From positions 50,470,001-50,534,000 of the forward strand of contig NC_045697.1 of assembly GCF_009834535.1 (NCBI RefSeq): a stretch of DNA of 64,000 bases. The letters run 5' to 3'. Every line of letters begins with the position of its first letter. Positions within the stretch are counted from its first letter, which is position 1. The position numbers and the translations under genes were made by a program. Below, piece by piece: positions 22,613 to 37,073 of the stretch. The notes beneath the pieces are model-generated. The model had not been told where the DNA came from. It did no database searches and worked only from the letters and a program-made list of their open reading frames with translations. This DNA comes from Camelus ferus (Eukaryota).

Positions 22613-25600
22613 TTGTGGACATTCTTGAAATCTGTCAGTGGCTCGAGGGCCCTCCTTGTACCCGCCAAAGCATAGTTATTATGAAGAAAAGCCCCTAAAT
22701 TATGTTTTCTTCTGTCGTGTTTGCCATCCATCAGCCTGCTGCTTTTGATTTATTTTCCCCGAATTTTGCTTTAATCCTGTCATTCTCCAGTACAAACAAA
22801 GTATTTCAGTGACTTTCCATTGCCTTTTGGACAAGGCCTGACACAAATGGGAACCCAGCAGTCTTCTCAACCTCAGCTCCCACTAGTTCACCAGACAGAC
22901 GGCTGCACCCCGGCCAGGCTGGGAAGCTCACCGTGCCTTTGCTTACGCCCACTTTCCTCCTTGTGCTGGTGGAGTCACGGTTTGGGGAAATGGCTGCCTT
23001 TTCCTGGAGCTACTCAGATCCTACTCACTTTCACAGTTCTCCTCAAGGGCCTGGATTTCTTGAGCCTACAGGGATCTTTTTCGTTCTGATCTCTTAACAG
23101 CTTGTATTGTTTCTCTTTGCCCTAGTCTCATAGAATTCTAGATCTGGTACTTCATACCTGATGAAATTACTTTGAATTGAATACCTTTTCTTGTTTGTCA
23201 GTCATATGTTCAGAACTGTCTGAATACATACATTGTCTTACTTGTTATTGTTATTGCATTTCCTCCGTGGGCCTAAAAACAGTGAGTCAGTTTAGCAGTA
23301 CTGACAGCATATTTGAATAGAAAATTGAATCTAATGGATGTTGAAAACTCTCTGTTTCTACTGTTTGTTTTCTTCTTGTTGTTCCTTTCCTTGTTTTTGT
23401 TTGTTTTTTGTTTTGGCCTCTTTCTCCCTTATCTCAAGCATCTTTAGTGTCCAGAACACTCATGTTGGAAACAAATACTTTATCTTTCTTTCAGTGGTTA
23501 GAAGATCATGGGTTCTGGATTTAGATTGTCTGCATGGGAATCCTTGGATGAGTTATTTAATCTCTCTCAGTTTCCTCACATGTAAAATAGGGTTAGTGAT
23601 AGTATCTAACAGGAAGGTAATGAAAGTGCTTTTCGCAGCGCTAGTACAGAGCTGGCACTCATTAAAAATACCTATTATGTTATGTCGATATACATTAAGA
23701 TGGTGGTACTTGGTTGGTGGTCAGTATTCATGAGTTAAATGAATCAATGCACAATAAGGTGGAGGGAGGAGTCTGGGTTCCTAAATCTACCTTCTGAATC
23801 CGGCAAGAAAACAGGCAGTAAGTGACTTGGCACTTAACTGCTTTTTTGTAAAAGAATAAATAGAACCAAGAAAGATGATCCTGGCAAGCCTTAGTTTTAT
23901 AGAACATTGATGGAGATCACAAGTTTGGTAAACTAGACTTAGGAAAAGGGACTCCTCGCTCACAGTGGCTTTTGTTTTACAAATTGGATCTGGAAAAGAA
24001 ATAGCTCAAGTGTCCGAAAAATTAAAGAATTGAGGTGTCACCTGGGAGCATTCCCTTATTCTGTGCAGTAGAACTGTCGGCACTTAACAAGGGGTGACCG
24101 GAAGAAGAATTTCTTAGTCCTGATTAATATCTTATTTTAACCAATATAGTATTGTGGTCTGTGTTCAAAAGGATGGGGTGAGAACACACTGGGGAGAACG
24201 GGGTCACGCGGCTACAGTCAACTCTTCGGTATTGATATGTGGCAAGGGACTTTTTTTTTACGTTGTAGCTGATGCTTGCAAGCCTGAGATCCCATCATCA
24301 TGAAAAAATCCTTGTGCTTATCCCAAAATTTTCCACAGCAATGTGCTCTTCTATGGGCTGATTTCACATGGTGTGAAGAAATCTTTTTTTTATTAGTTCT
24401 ATGTTTACTCAATTTTCTAGCCATTAGTTTTCGAGAATGACTCCTTCATGACGCATCAGGGAAGATTTGCCTCTGTCTCCGCAGAATAGCCTTCCGTTTT
24501 AAAAAAATAATTGGGAACAATTTTCTTTAATCTTTCACTTAAATGTATATACATAGTATGAAGTACAATCATAATTCCTCTTAAAGGCCCAAAACACATT
24601 TGAAGATAGAATAGTTTGAGAAGAAAATCAAGGCATATAGACTCTCCCAACTAGGAAGTGACTGAAGACATCAACCGGTTCAGCAGTTCCCAACCTGAGA
24701 GGTTTGGGCACTTTTTTTCTGAGTTAGTTAAGTATAAGTAATATCTATAGACTAAACATCTATCTATCTAATGCAGTTTTAAAAATATGTTGAATATTGG
24801 GATTATTAAACTGTATTCATTTAAAATTGCTAATGAATTCAAGGTGGCTTGACTGCATGTGTATTTTAATTGATACAAAGCAAACGTGTAAGCTCGATCA
24901 GGTGGGAGGATGTGGCAAAATAATCTTTTTACATTAAAAGGGGTCCTCCTAGGATACGTTAAGAAAGCCTGGACTAATGGTATCCACACACAGGCCCTAA
25001 ACTGGTATCAGCAATCAGCCTACTGCAGACCACAGCCAGATCCAGCTCTGGGCCGGACCCAAAGGACCAGCATCCAGCCTCAGACAAGAACATAGAAAAC
25101 CTCACCTTTCTTCCATCTCTTACTTCTTCCCTCAAGTTAGTGCTCTTTGGGATTGCAGCTGGCACTTGTTTATTAGGAAATTACCCGCTTTTCAAAACTG
25201 ACAATGGAGCACACATACTTTGGTGAATTAGCTTTTATATAACACGAAATGTTTCAAGTCTTTTACTAGCTAATTGTTAGCAAGAACCTGGTGCGATGGA
25301 GTGGTAATGGATTGCTTCTGTTAACAATGAAGGCTTTGAAAAATATAGGAAGGTGTCCAAGATCAAATTGTTAAATTTAATATTCAAAATATGAAACTCT
25401 GTTCTATCAGATGTTAATATTTGAAAAAACTGATTTTATTCTAAATTTAGCCAAATTTAACCATGCAGGGCATTTTAGCAAGTTCCACTTGAATGAAGAA
25501 TTTATGTCTTTCATAATAATTCTTAAAATGTATGTTAAATTACATAATATCATATAAAATACAAATAAACCACTAATTTCCAAGCAAAATTCTTGGCACT

Positions 25601-26302
25601 ATATTTCCCCATAACCTTTATGAGACAGTGACTGTTTTTCTTTTCTCAACCAAAAATCAATGGACCACAATGCTATTTAGGCACATCTCTCATTGATTTA
25701 TTTATTCAGCAGATATTTCTTGAATGTCTCTGTAATGGCCTTTCTATATAGCTAGAGACTGATACAGATATACAGGGGCATCCCTGAGCCCAAAGAACTT
25801 TTAATCCAGTTTGAGACAAAATAGAGAAAAAGAGAAGCATATATTGAATGTAGCGATACTCTCTTTATTTAAATAGCCTCTGTGATAGGCTTTTTAAAGA
25901 AGTCTTTTTCCTCTGGACTAATCCATTCTTAACTGAGAATTGGTTTAAGAATTCAAAAAGGAAAATCCTCTGTTTTTCTTTAGTATGTAATTAAAGAGAC
26001 AGAAGAAAACAAAAATTTAGAAAGCTTTAGAATCTAATAAATAGTAAATGATTGTTTCTCATTGATTGACTTGTAATTTGAAGGGTTTCCTTAAATTAAA
26101 AATGATTCTGACACATTTAAAAATTTACATACAACTTGAATGTTGAGTGAGCAGTGCGGATGGCTGATTAGCTGATCAGATGAGTGAATCTACTAAAAGG
26201 CAATACCTTCAGTTTGTGGTTCTGTTTAGATTCAGAACTGTAGGTGGAAAGGAGCATGAACTTAGTGGATATTTGTTCTTAAATCTAAATGTAGATGGGC
26301 CT

Positions 26303-26362
26303 AATAATAATAATAAGAGTAACAACAACAACAACAACAACAATAATAATAATGATGACAAC
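26303..26362 (+). repeat. (AAT)n/(AAC)n compound microsatellite, followed by an antisense MIR to ~26560
   Basis: Direct inspection; MIR core ccattttatagatgagactaaggc follows. Confidence 0.8.
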
Positions 26363-27887
26363 TAATATTTATACCTAATCTTTTTAACTCACTAGGTAAT
26401 TTAAAATACAATTGCTTACTTATTCCTCAGAATCATCCTGGGAAGTCAATACATTTTTATTTCCATTTTATAGATGAGACTAAGGCAAAAAGATTAAGAA
26501 ATTTGTTCAAGGCCCTTCAGCTCATAAACAATAAGACGGGATTCAAACCTTGCAGCCTGATTCCAGCCAGCATCAAACTTTCATCTCCAGTGTGTCACAT
26601 TTACCCGTAACAACATCCAGTTCACTGAAAGTGCAGGGTTTGTTATACCTGCGATGCTCTCATATATTTTCATTAAAATCCACATTTCTGGAGTTTTCTA
26701 GTCTCAGATTCTTTGCAAAGAGCATTCACACCCATTTGCAGATAGTTTTTATACTCTTTCCTTAAGAAGAATGTCCTGGTACTGTTTTCCTACAAAGAAG
26801 AACATCAGGTGTGCCAGTCTCCCAGCTTCCAGTGGCAAAGCATTCGTCTTACTTTTTTATTGTTCGTTGTGCTTATGCAAAACATGTCACTCTGAAAATG
26901 TCACGTCAAAAATGAATTTCATCAACAGAACCCTCTGAAAAATCATTCAGTAGTCACAAAAAGTAAGAAAAAGCCAGGTACTGCATTTGATATTAGGAAG
27001 CTGGCTGAGTCTGGAGCTGTTGCTTCTTGTGCTTGCCATGAGCTGTGCCCTAGTAATAGAAGAGCCTGCCCTTCCATCACTTATGCATACCCACAGAGCA
27101 TTCATTACACACGCAGAGATGATGAATTAGGAATGCAGCTATCCCTATTTAAAGCACTGCTATTGCGTGTCTAGCTAACGCCTAGTGACATGTGGTTGTA
27201 AATCGCCTACATCAATGCTGCTACTTCCCATGCAACATTTTACAGTTAAAGTGCTAACTCTCAAAGGCATTGATTTAAACAATCATTTTATGTTTGGTCA
27301 TTCAATAAACATTTTCTGTGTCATTCAGCCACAAATCAGCCTTGGAGAAACTTTGCAATTTACAGTTAAATCATTCGCACGACTATTGCATGATGACGTA
27401 CGGATTTATGGAAGTTTCACAAATATTTAATGTTAATATTCTTCTCAGGTGTGGGAAAAGGGCAAACATGCACAATAGATATTTAAGCTTGAAATTTTAT
27501 TTTCTGTCAATGTCTTCAAAGATACCTGAATTATTGTCTAAATCTAAGTTCAATAAATTTAGGATTGCCTGATTTCTGCAGACCCGGGGGATAAAAGTAT
27601 CTAGAAGACAGAGTGAAATGCCACAAAAATCCTAGGAATTGTTTTATGATTAATATTTTTTTCTCTGTTGAGCACTACCACTAACAGACGTAAAAAAATT
27701 GCTAGCAAAGGCAATAAAACAATAGTTATTAAAGCCTTTATTTTTATTGCATTGGATATTACTGGTAATATCTATTTGACTTAGAAATTATCCCCCAATA
27801 AAATTACACATAAATGAGATTATATTCTATCTTGCAATGCATCCTACTCTATAAGGAATGATTTATGTAGTTTTTAATATTTTATTA

Positions 27888-28005
27888 CATTGGTTCTCAC
27901 ACATGGCTGCACTTTAAAATCTCTTGGTCAGCTTCTAAAAAAATACTGAAGCCTGGGCCTTACTTGCCCAGAGATTCTGATTCATTTGGTTTGGACAGGG
28001 CCTCA
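27888..28005. mobile_element. MER5A-like hAT DNA transposon fragment
   Basis: cattggttctcacacatggctgcact...aaatactgaagcctgggcc...cagagattctgattcatttggt. Confidence 0.7.
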
Positions 28006-31000
28006 AATGAACGCATTGTTTCTCGCAAGCAGACAGCCTGTTGTTTTAACCAAAACATGGAATGAGAGAAAGAATACTGAACCACATGTAGTTTAGATCC
28101 AAGTTCTGGTCCTGACTGAAAATAAACTGTTATGTGATCTTGTCTAGGTCATTTAAGAGCTGTGGGCTAGATTTTTTTCATTCTTAAAATGCAATTTGAA
28201 CCACACGATCTCCAATGCAATAGTTTTCTATGATCTCCAAGATACGGTATTGAGAAGATGGAATCTCAGCTTTATCATCTCTTGATGGTAGGTGCTTTTA
28301 AGCATTGAGCAATTTTAGGCACGTACACAAAGGCATTGGCTCAAAGATCCTAGAGTGATAATGCAGATAATGTCCTCAGGCTATGAAAAAGTAGTTCATC
28401 TTATAAACAGGCTTTTCCAGTTTTCTCAAATCTTGCCTTCATCTCCCCTAGGATCTTTGCTTAGGTGTTTTTTGTTTTGTTTTGTTTTCTTCCCTTTGCT
28501 TACAACCTATGAATCATTAACTCCACAAAAACTCTGTGGGGATTTTGAAACTTGAAAATCTTGATCCTGTTGCAGATAAAGAGGATGATATTGTAGTACA
28601 ACCCAAACCACATTTATGAAGAAAATTTCACTTTTTCTGATAGAAAAAAAAGGGGGGAGGTTATATGTTAAATGTGCTAACAAACAGAAGACACTTAAGC
28701 AAAAAAAAGAAAAAAAGAGAGAGGGAGACAATCAGTAGCTAGAAGCCCTAGGTTGCCATCCTCGCTCCTGTCAGTCATAAGCCTTTTGACTTTATGATCT
28801 CGTTTACACTGCCTCATCTGTAAAACCTGGAGATAATTGTTCCTTTCATTCATCTCAGTATTTTTATGGGACTAAAAATACGATAATGCTTAATAAAATG
28901 GTGAGAACTGTCAGATATAATTACTGGCATTAATAAATATCAGGTATTTAATTAGTGCCAGGATACATAAGAGAGTCAGAAAGTTTAAAGGGCAACCAAG
29001 ATAGTGCTGGATTCGCAAAGCAAAAGGTGGGCGTTCCAAAGAGGAGGCATAGGTACCAATAGCAGGTGGAGCAATGAGGTCGAGACAGTAGGAATGGAGG
29101 AAGAGATTTGGCAAGAATGAGGTCACTGGTAACCTTTCAGGAGAAAGTTCAGTGGAATGAAGAGGATGGAAGTCAGATGACAGACAAGGAATATTCCATG
29201 TTTCTTCTAATACCAAGTGTTACTATCAGAGAAGATGAGTCGTCTGTGAGCCTCAGCACGGGAACATTCACAGCACAGGCCTCTTGTAAGATGTCAGAGT
29301 TAAGCATAAGAGCAGAGGTGAGTCATTCTTCCAGGCCAGCCTCTGTTTAACCCATGCTGTATTCAAATGAGCGAGATAGGGAACTGCTTCTGATGAGTTT
29401 TACTATGACGTGCGTTTCTTATCTTTTCCTTATTTAATTTGGAAGGAAACATCACGAATAATTTTCTTCAACGTGACATAGCTCTAAGAAGATATCCTTA
29501 TATGTATTATGATAGAGGGGTTGGGACAAAATGATTTCCTGAGATATTGAGATTCTATACATAATATCTCACTCACCCCTTATTTAAATGCGTTGGTCTC
29601 TCTTACTCGTTTCCTACCCATCCCTATTCCACTCTTTTTGTGTGGAGGTGAGGGGAGCTTAGGGAGATACATACAACAGAGATTGCTTCTATATATAGTA
29701 TACAGACGTACATATACACATATACATATACATACACACAGGTAGCATCTGTTGTATCTTCCTTGAGAGCAAATAGAGACATGTATCACCACCCTCAGTC
29801 TTACATGGTGCTATAAAACAAACTGATTTGGACTTCAGAATGGCATAAAATTAAAAAAAAAAAGATGACATGAAAGGAATATTGATCTTATGACTGGTAT
29901 AGTCTCCTCTTAAGTTCCTATGGCTCTTGGACTATAAATTCAGACTTCAGGATCCTTCAAAACTCCCATCGTCTCACCAATCAGTCCCCCATACTCCCTG
30001 GAACAACATTCATTTCCTTCCTCTAAAGACACCTGCTAATACATACCTATTTGGAAATCCAGTTATCTTTCCACCTTTGCACCAGAGGAAACAGTACTTC
30101 AGGTCTGTTCTTCCTGGTTTAGTGCAGCTGCTTCCTGAGAAGACATGACAAATGAAGTGAAATGAAGCCCAAAAGCTCACCAAGAAGAAACCTGAGTTCT
30201 ACAGGAATCTTGAGCCAATTCCCTAGAGGTCTTCTGAACCCTACCTGGATGACAGTGTGTCTTTGGATTTGGAAACAGATTGCCCCTATAGCCGTGGGGC
30301 TCCAAAAGGATTGTAAACCGCTCTCTTCTGTGTCGTTTCCCTGTGCTGCCAGTCTCACAGTAAGTATCGTGGCCTCCTAATGTGAACCCTTCTGCTCTTT
30401 GTGATGGTGTCTGCTGTGCTGAGGTCTCTGGTGGCTTTGAGAAATCCTTGACTCTCCAAAATCACAAGTCAGTAAAAAATATTCAAAAGACAATGCTGAA
30501 TCAAGATCAACAATGGATAGGGCTAGGCTAGGCTAGGCTGGGATAGGGATAGCTTTTGATGTTAGAGGGTAAATTTGAGAGTGGAAGCATTGATATTTAT
30601 AATATCTCTCAAAGGAGTTCAAAATACTTTTATGACACTTCAGCTTCAGTTAGTTGGAACTTTTGCTTATTTTTTGTCCTAACCCACATTCAAACCCACA
30701 TTATCACTTCCTCTGGGAACCTTCCCTAGTTAACTTTATTATCACTTCCTCTGGGAACCGTCCCTAATTTTCCTAGACCATGCCAGGGACTTTAGTGATG
30801 GCCTTTTTTTACATCCTGAACTTTCACCACCATAACACTTACCAGTTCTTCATGCGTTTGCATCTTTGCCTCTTTCTTGGAAAGATAAGTTCTATGGGAA
30901 AGGGGTCGACAGCTGTGCTTATTGAGTAACTTACATGACAGGCGATATTCTAAAAACATGAAGTTAAAAATTGTGGAACATTGTCTGCACTGGCACATAA

Positions 31001-32652
31001 TAAGTTACACAATAAATATTGACTATTTTTACTTTTAGTGGTGATTTAAAAGTTGTATTCTCAATACCAGATTCTAATATTCTTGAATCCAAAGAGATGC
31101 CTTCCTTGTGTTCGGATACCCTGCTGTCCCTAGTTTAGTATCTTGCACATAGTAGGCACTAAATACATAGTTGTTGAATGAATTTGTTCATTACCAAAGC
31201 TGAATTCCATATTATAAATTACAGGAAGAGAAGGAAATTACATTGGGACTTGGTTGTCCTATATCTGGTAGTGATCTAACACCACAATGTTAATAATTAT
31301 CACCAGTATAATTCCTATTAAATTAATGGTGTACATATTATCTCAACTAGCTCCTGGACCAGTTTTGTTAGATACGTACGAATCAAATTTAGGACCAATG
31401 GTAAGAAAGACTTGCCCATTAAGCAGGCACTTAATAATACTTCTCTGCATGGATCAGTACTGCTCACAAGTAACTATGTCATTTGATGGGTTTGGTGTGG
31501 ACAGCCAAAATCCTGTTGAGCAGGAGCAATACTTTAAGCAATCCTCAGAAAATTCTGCTTGTTGAAGACTGTAACATCTTGAATCATTCTGAGAAAACCC
31601 AGAAGCTTAAGGAGCCAAGGGACTCCATCTGTTGGCAACCCAGCAATCAGGAGCGCAACCAACACCGGACTCTTGTGTTCCTCATGAAAAAGACAAATAT
31701 GCTGATCAGATTGTGGTGCTTATTACTATGAAAATTACTATAGGAATAGTACTGAGATGGAAAGGGAAACACAGCAGCAGTGTTATTCAGAGATGTGGCA
31801 TCATCCAGTTCCATAGATTAACTAAATCTTTGCTATTGCCACTTTTTGCATTTGAAGTATTTCAAATATTTTTACTTCTGCATCCCTGATTTATGAAGGA
31901 CTTAGTAACTATAATAGAAAGTGTGAGAATGTATGTTCTTAGAGTGGATGGATTCCAGGTTCTCATCCTACTTTTGCTACTTTTTGTTCTGTGTACAGGT
32001 CTTCCCTAGAAAATTTCATTTAAAGAAATATATTATTGGGTAAAAAGTTTGACAGCTACCTCTGTATATTATAGCTTCCTTACCTTATGGGTCAAACCTG
32101 TTATGACAAAAAACACTACTTCTGAATCACTATATAAAATAAAAGCTTTCTTATATGATGTTCTGTTTATTTCAAGCAATACTTTAGGCACAAAGTTGCA
32201 GTAAAATGAAAGTATTTGTCTGGGCCCTTAGATTTCCTTATAATGCAGTTTTTCTCACAGCTTTTAAATCTGGCATCAGAATTTTGGAATTAATATTATG
32301 GGCTTGTGTTAATTTGGTTAGATAATTTACATAGATTTTAACCCCTTTGCTTAGAATTCAATGCTAAGTTTTGAGGGATCACTGTTTTTGTTTCTGATAA
32401 GTAAAGACATTTTCTTCTTTAAGGGTCAAGATAGTTTAGTTATTGCTTTACTATTCATGCTTTTTTAGAAAAAGAACATTTCATTTCAGTCAAAAGGAAA
32501 ATTAGAATTTTTTTTAGATTTTATCAGTCTGTCAGGAATGGGAACAGATCACTCTCATAGAGATACATGGTATTTCAAGCACAAAGGTGACATCCCGTAG
32601 TTTTAAACTAATTAAAAAGGAATTAAAAATGGTTTTTACAACTTCCTAAAAT

Positions 32653-33199
32653 TGTTACCCCCAAAAGGTAAAAATCCCCATTCTTGTCATACTCGAAAGA
32701 CAAGTTTACTGTCGGGCGACGGTGCTTTGTGTAGCGAAAGATTTTAAAAGATTTATTTAAAAAAAGGAAAAGTATACCCCCAAAACAGGAGGTGGGCTGA
32801 CCCAAGGGAGGAAAAAGCGGCGGTCTTTGTCTCCCCTTTCTTTTATACCCTCACTTAGAGGTGGTCTTTGGATCGATTGACAGCTCTTGTCCCTGGAATG
32901 CTTAGTCACGTTTGGCCCCTTTGCGCATGTCCTTACCCATGGCGTACACAGAAAAACCCATGGGGGTGGCTAAACTGCAATGTTAATTATAATACAATGA
33001 GCACTGGGCTGTGTTCAGTTAAGTCCTTTCTCCTACCATGCAGTTGTGGCTGTAGGGTTCTAACCGGTTTCTTGCTGGCACTTATTTAAAAGAAGTAATG
33101 TCCCTTTATGCTGGAGGCTGGCATAACACCATCTTCCAGACCATCCTCCCTCTCCTCCACCTGTCTGCCCAGTGCCCTCACGTATCTAACTACCTAACA
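32653..33199 (-). mobile_element. Solo ERV1-type LTR, 547 bp
   Basis: TGTTA...TAACA termini; 4-bp TSD AAAT (32649-32652, 33200-33203); minus-strand TATAAAA (32847-32841) and AATAAA (32757-32752). Confidence 0.88.
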
Positions 33200-34734
33200 A
33201 AATCACAAACACAAAACCAGTTTGTAAAAATAATTCAAGACTAGGATGTGGATGGGGGAGGGGGAAAGGAATAGGAAGCGAAAGAAGGGAGAGAACTTGT
33301 ATTTATTGGATATTTGCTATGTGTGAAACATTAAGCTAAGTGTGTTATATATATTCCTCCTTTTAACCCACACAACGATCCATTGAGTAGATACAATAAT
33401 CCCCAATTTCCTGGTGAGAACCTGAGTGGTAAATAATATTTCCAAGGTCGAGCAGTGATGGAGCTGGGGTTTGAAACTAGGTTTGTTAGATTTCAGATCC
33501 CTGGTCTTTCCTGGTGTTCCTCTGGATCCCGAGACCAGTCTGTTTTTGCATGGTTCCTGTAACCTGCCCTTCTCACTCCTTCTGCAGCGGTTCTCACTGA
33601 TCTCTGTCTAAACCTCCAGTCACATTCCATCCTGCTCTCCATCTCTTCAGCCTTCTAATGCCAATCCCTTTGTGGCTCCTTCTCCCATTTGGGGGCCATC
33701 TCAATCTTCACACACAGAACTCTTTGCTCCATATGCTCCTTAGTTTCCACTTGACCCCAGATTAGCTTTAACTTTTGACTACGCAGCATCAGTCTACCTT
33801 AGGTTAATGAGCCTCTTGATTTAAAGAAATACCAGGGCCTCACTTTGCTAATCCTGCAAGGAAATCGCATCTCCTCGGCTTACTTTGGAGCCTTTAAATT
33901 GAGGATCCAGGTGTCTTTTTATATGGAAATTAGAGGAGCAGGAGAATGGAAAGAGCCAAAGGCGTAAACTTTTTTAAGTCGACAACCGACTCCCAGGTGA
34001 AGCCCTTGGAGGCATGGAGAGCCAAGAGTCAGCCCTTTCCCCGTCCCAAATAGATCATCAGATAGGGAGGAGGGTCACTCAGAGGGGAGGATGGTTGAAT
34101 GGCGTTAGCTTGAAGTAGAAAAGGCATTGGTAGTTGCGGGTGAGAGGTGACTGGGTGCCTGGAGGCCAGAAAACTCAGATGTTTTCTAGCCAAAGGCTGA
34201 ACAAAAAAGGCTGGAATGATGAATAAGTCAACCTGAGGCTGAGGCATCTGGTTTTGTAGAAAATAAATAGTATAGGGACATAGTTTTTCGGTGACCCAAC
34301 AACAGTCTGTAATGCCATTGAGGAAAAAGGAATCGCTCCTTGATTTTGAGCCTAGGTAGAAGAAAACAATGAAAAGCTTTTTTTTTCAGGTGATTTGCAA
34401 GGAATAGAAGTTTCTTGTACCTGGGATCCTATTGACAATCGGGAGAACTCTGGTGTAGAATTTCACAAAAGACCCTCCTCTTTTGTAGGTCAGAGGTGGA
34501 CAGGGAAGAAGGCTTGACTTTCCCCAGGCCACACTAGAAAGGCCTGAGAAACATTTTTTAAGTTTCTTTCCTTTTCTGGATGATAAACCAGGCCCGATGT
34601 CTTACACTTTTTGTTGTATCGTCCAGCATCCCGCTCCGCATCTAGAACACAAACAGTGCTCCATAAATGTTCTCTAGGTGGATGAATGGGTTGGGCCTTA
34701 AACAGGATGATGTATGTGAAGGTACTGAAGAGGG

Positions 34735-34972
34735 TGGAGGGTTAAAAGTGTAGGCTTGAGGGCAGATTGCCTGGCTTGAAATCGTTACAACCCAATTTAC
34801 TAATTGTGTGACTTGGAGCATCATTTGACCTTTCTGTGCCTCAGTTTTTCCTCCTTTATAAAGCAGAAATAATAGTATCACTATCTCTGAAGGATGTTGT
34901 GGGTGTTAAATAAGCACAAAGCATTTAGAACCGTGCCTGGCCCATAGTAAGAGTTCAGTAAAATTTAGCCAC
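34735..34972 (+). mobile_element. MIR SINE, near full length
   Basis: tgtgtgacttggagcatcatttgacctttctgtgcctcagttttt...aaagcatttagaaccgtgcctggcccatagtaag. Confidence 0.85.
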
Positions 34973-35469
34973 TTGGGACTCAGCAACTTGGAAATTATAA
35001 ACCAAAAAGGGTTTTTATTGTTTTAAAAATAACCAAAATTGGATAAAAGGCTAATGCAATTCAGTAAAAACCATGGCGTTGAAGTGTATAATATTTTAAG
35101 TTTGTTTATTATCAGTCATAAAGGTTGTAACTTGGAGTAATTTGTCATTTTACTTATGCATGAATTTACGTTGCCAGTACTGTTAGACTGGTATGCAAGA
35201 TGAATCTGTTCTCTGCAGACTGTGCCCCCCTAATACCTTGCCTGACATTTCTTGTAGCTACATATTCATTATCTATTTTCTTAATAAGCACTGTGAACAC
35301 AAGCACTATACCTGTCTTATTTTTAGAGCCTGACACCATAATAAATACAGCTAAAAATGTGGTTCATTTACTATGTGCTAGCTACTATGCTGAAAGCTAA
35401 CATAATTGACATCAATTAATACCTCATTCAGTACTCACAACAACACTTTGAAATTGGCACAATCATTGT

Positions 35470-35790
35470 ATTAGATCATTGTTCAAAAATATTCATTCTC
35501 CTGCTGCCACTTCCCTACTCTTAATTCTGCTTTCAGACACGTGACTTACTTGGACCAATGGGATGCAAGCAGATATGGTGCTAGCTAAGGCTTAAGAAGT
35601 ATATGCATGGGTGGGCTTGCTATTTTGCACCTCGCCATCATCATGAAAAACAATGCCCGGGCTAGCCACTGGTTCCAGGAATAGGATGAGAGACCCCTGG
35701 AGCAGCGCTAAGCCCTTAGCTCAAACCAGTCAAGATCAGCCCACCACCAGTCAAATTCCAGACTCATGAGGAAGCCCATCCAAAATCAGT
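35470..35790 (+). mobile_element. Old MLT1 (MaLR) LTR fragment
   Basis: cacgtgacttacttggaccaatgggatg...catcatgaaaaacaatgcccgggctagcc resembles MLT1H/I/J. Confidence 0.65.
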
Positions 35791-36272
35791 AGAGCTTTCC
35801 AGGTTTCTCTAGGCACTTGAAATTTTAATGTTATATTTTTATTTTCACTTAATTCAAGGTATTCTTTTATTTCATTTGAAACTTCTTTGACTCAAATGTT
35901 GTTTCATTACAAAATCTTTGGGGACTTTCCAGCTATATTTTTCTGTTGTTGATTTCAAGTTTCATTCCACTGTGCTCTGAAATCATACCTTGTATGATTT
36001 CTATTCTTTTAAATGTGTTGAGGTATGTTACATGGCTTAGAATGTGGTCTATCCCGGTGAATGTTCCATGGACACTTCAGAATAATGCGTTTTTCTGCTG
36101 TTGTTGGATGGAGTATTCTATAAATGTCGATTAGGTCATGTTGATTGACAGTGCCCTTCACATCAACTATATCTTTACTGTTCTTTATCCTGCTTGATAT
36201 TCTCTGGGCTTCCAGGATCTGTGCTTTGGTGTCTGTCATTAATTTCTGAAAATTCTCAGCCACTGTTACTTC

Positions 36273-36756
36273 TGTCGACTGAAATAAACGCACAGCCTAA
36301 AAGTTGAGAGTTATGTTTTAACTGGCAGACATTTCTGAGGAGTCGAACCCCTTCAATCCTGGGATGACAGCCTCTCAGATCGCTCAGAGGGACAGCTCTG
36401 AAGAGGCAGGGGAGGAGCTGGGATATATAGGAGTCTAACAACAAAGATCAGGTAGTTGGAACATTTAAAGATTACTCATTAACTAAAGAAAACCAGGCAT
36501 CTCAAGTTAACTTAGTGCTTTTCTATGGGAGGCAGCAAACATTTGGGCTCACTGAATTCATTCCTTTGACAAGCACCTAGTTATCTAGGGCCAGTATCCT
36601 GTCCTTTCTTATTCTGAGTCCCCTCAGGGTGCACCATTGTGAGTGGCTGCAGAGGCTGGGCTGCAGCCTTGTCTTCACTGGGAGTGGTGGCTGCAGCAGC
36701 TGATGGTTTCAGTATTCTTTGTTTACTGATATGGTTTGCAGTATTTTTCGTTCACA
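36273..36756 (-). mobile_element. Solo ERV1 LTR (MER41-like), 484 bp
   Basis: TG...CA termini; TSD CTTC (36269-36272, 36757-36760); tctagggccagtatcctg...cccctcagggtgcacc resembles laurasiatherian MER41-type LTRs (family tentative). Confidence 0.85.
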
Positions 36757-37073
36757 CTTCGAATATTTTTTTCGTTCTTACTCTCTTTCTTTTCCCTCTG
36801 GTATCCTAACTATGGGTGTGTGTTACACATTTTGAAAATTTTCCACATTCTGGGGTGTTCTGTTCTATTTTTTAATTACTTTTTCTCATTACATTTCAGT
36901 TTTGAAAATTTTTGATTGATTTATCTTCATTGTTGATTCATTCTTTAGCTGTGTCCCTTCTACTCTTGAGCCTGTCAAAAGCATTATTTACTCCTGTTAA
37001 TAGTATTACAATCTCTGGTATTTCCTTTTGCTTCTTTCTTAGAATTTCCATCTCTATGTTTATATCACCCATC

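Noticed and set aside
26180..26365. ORF ending in poly-Asn
   Set aside because: Translation of an (AAT/AAC)n microsatellite next to a MIR.
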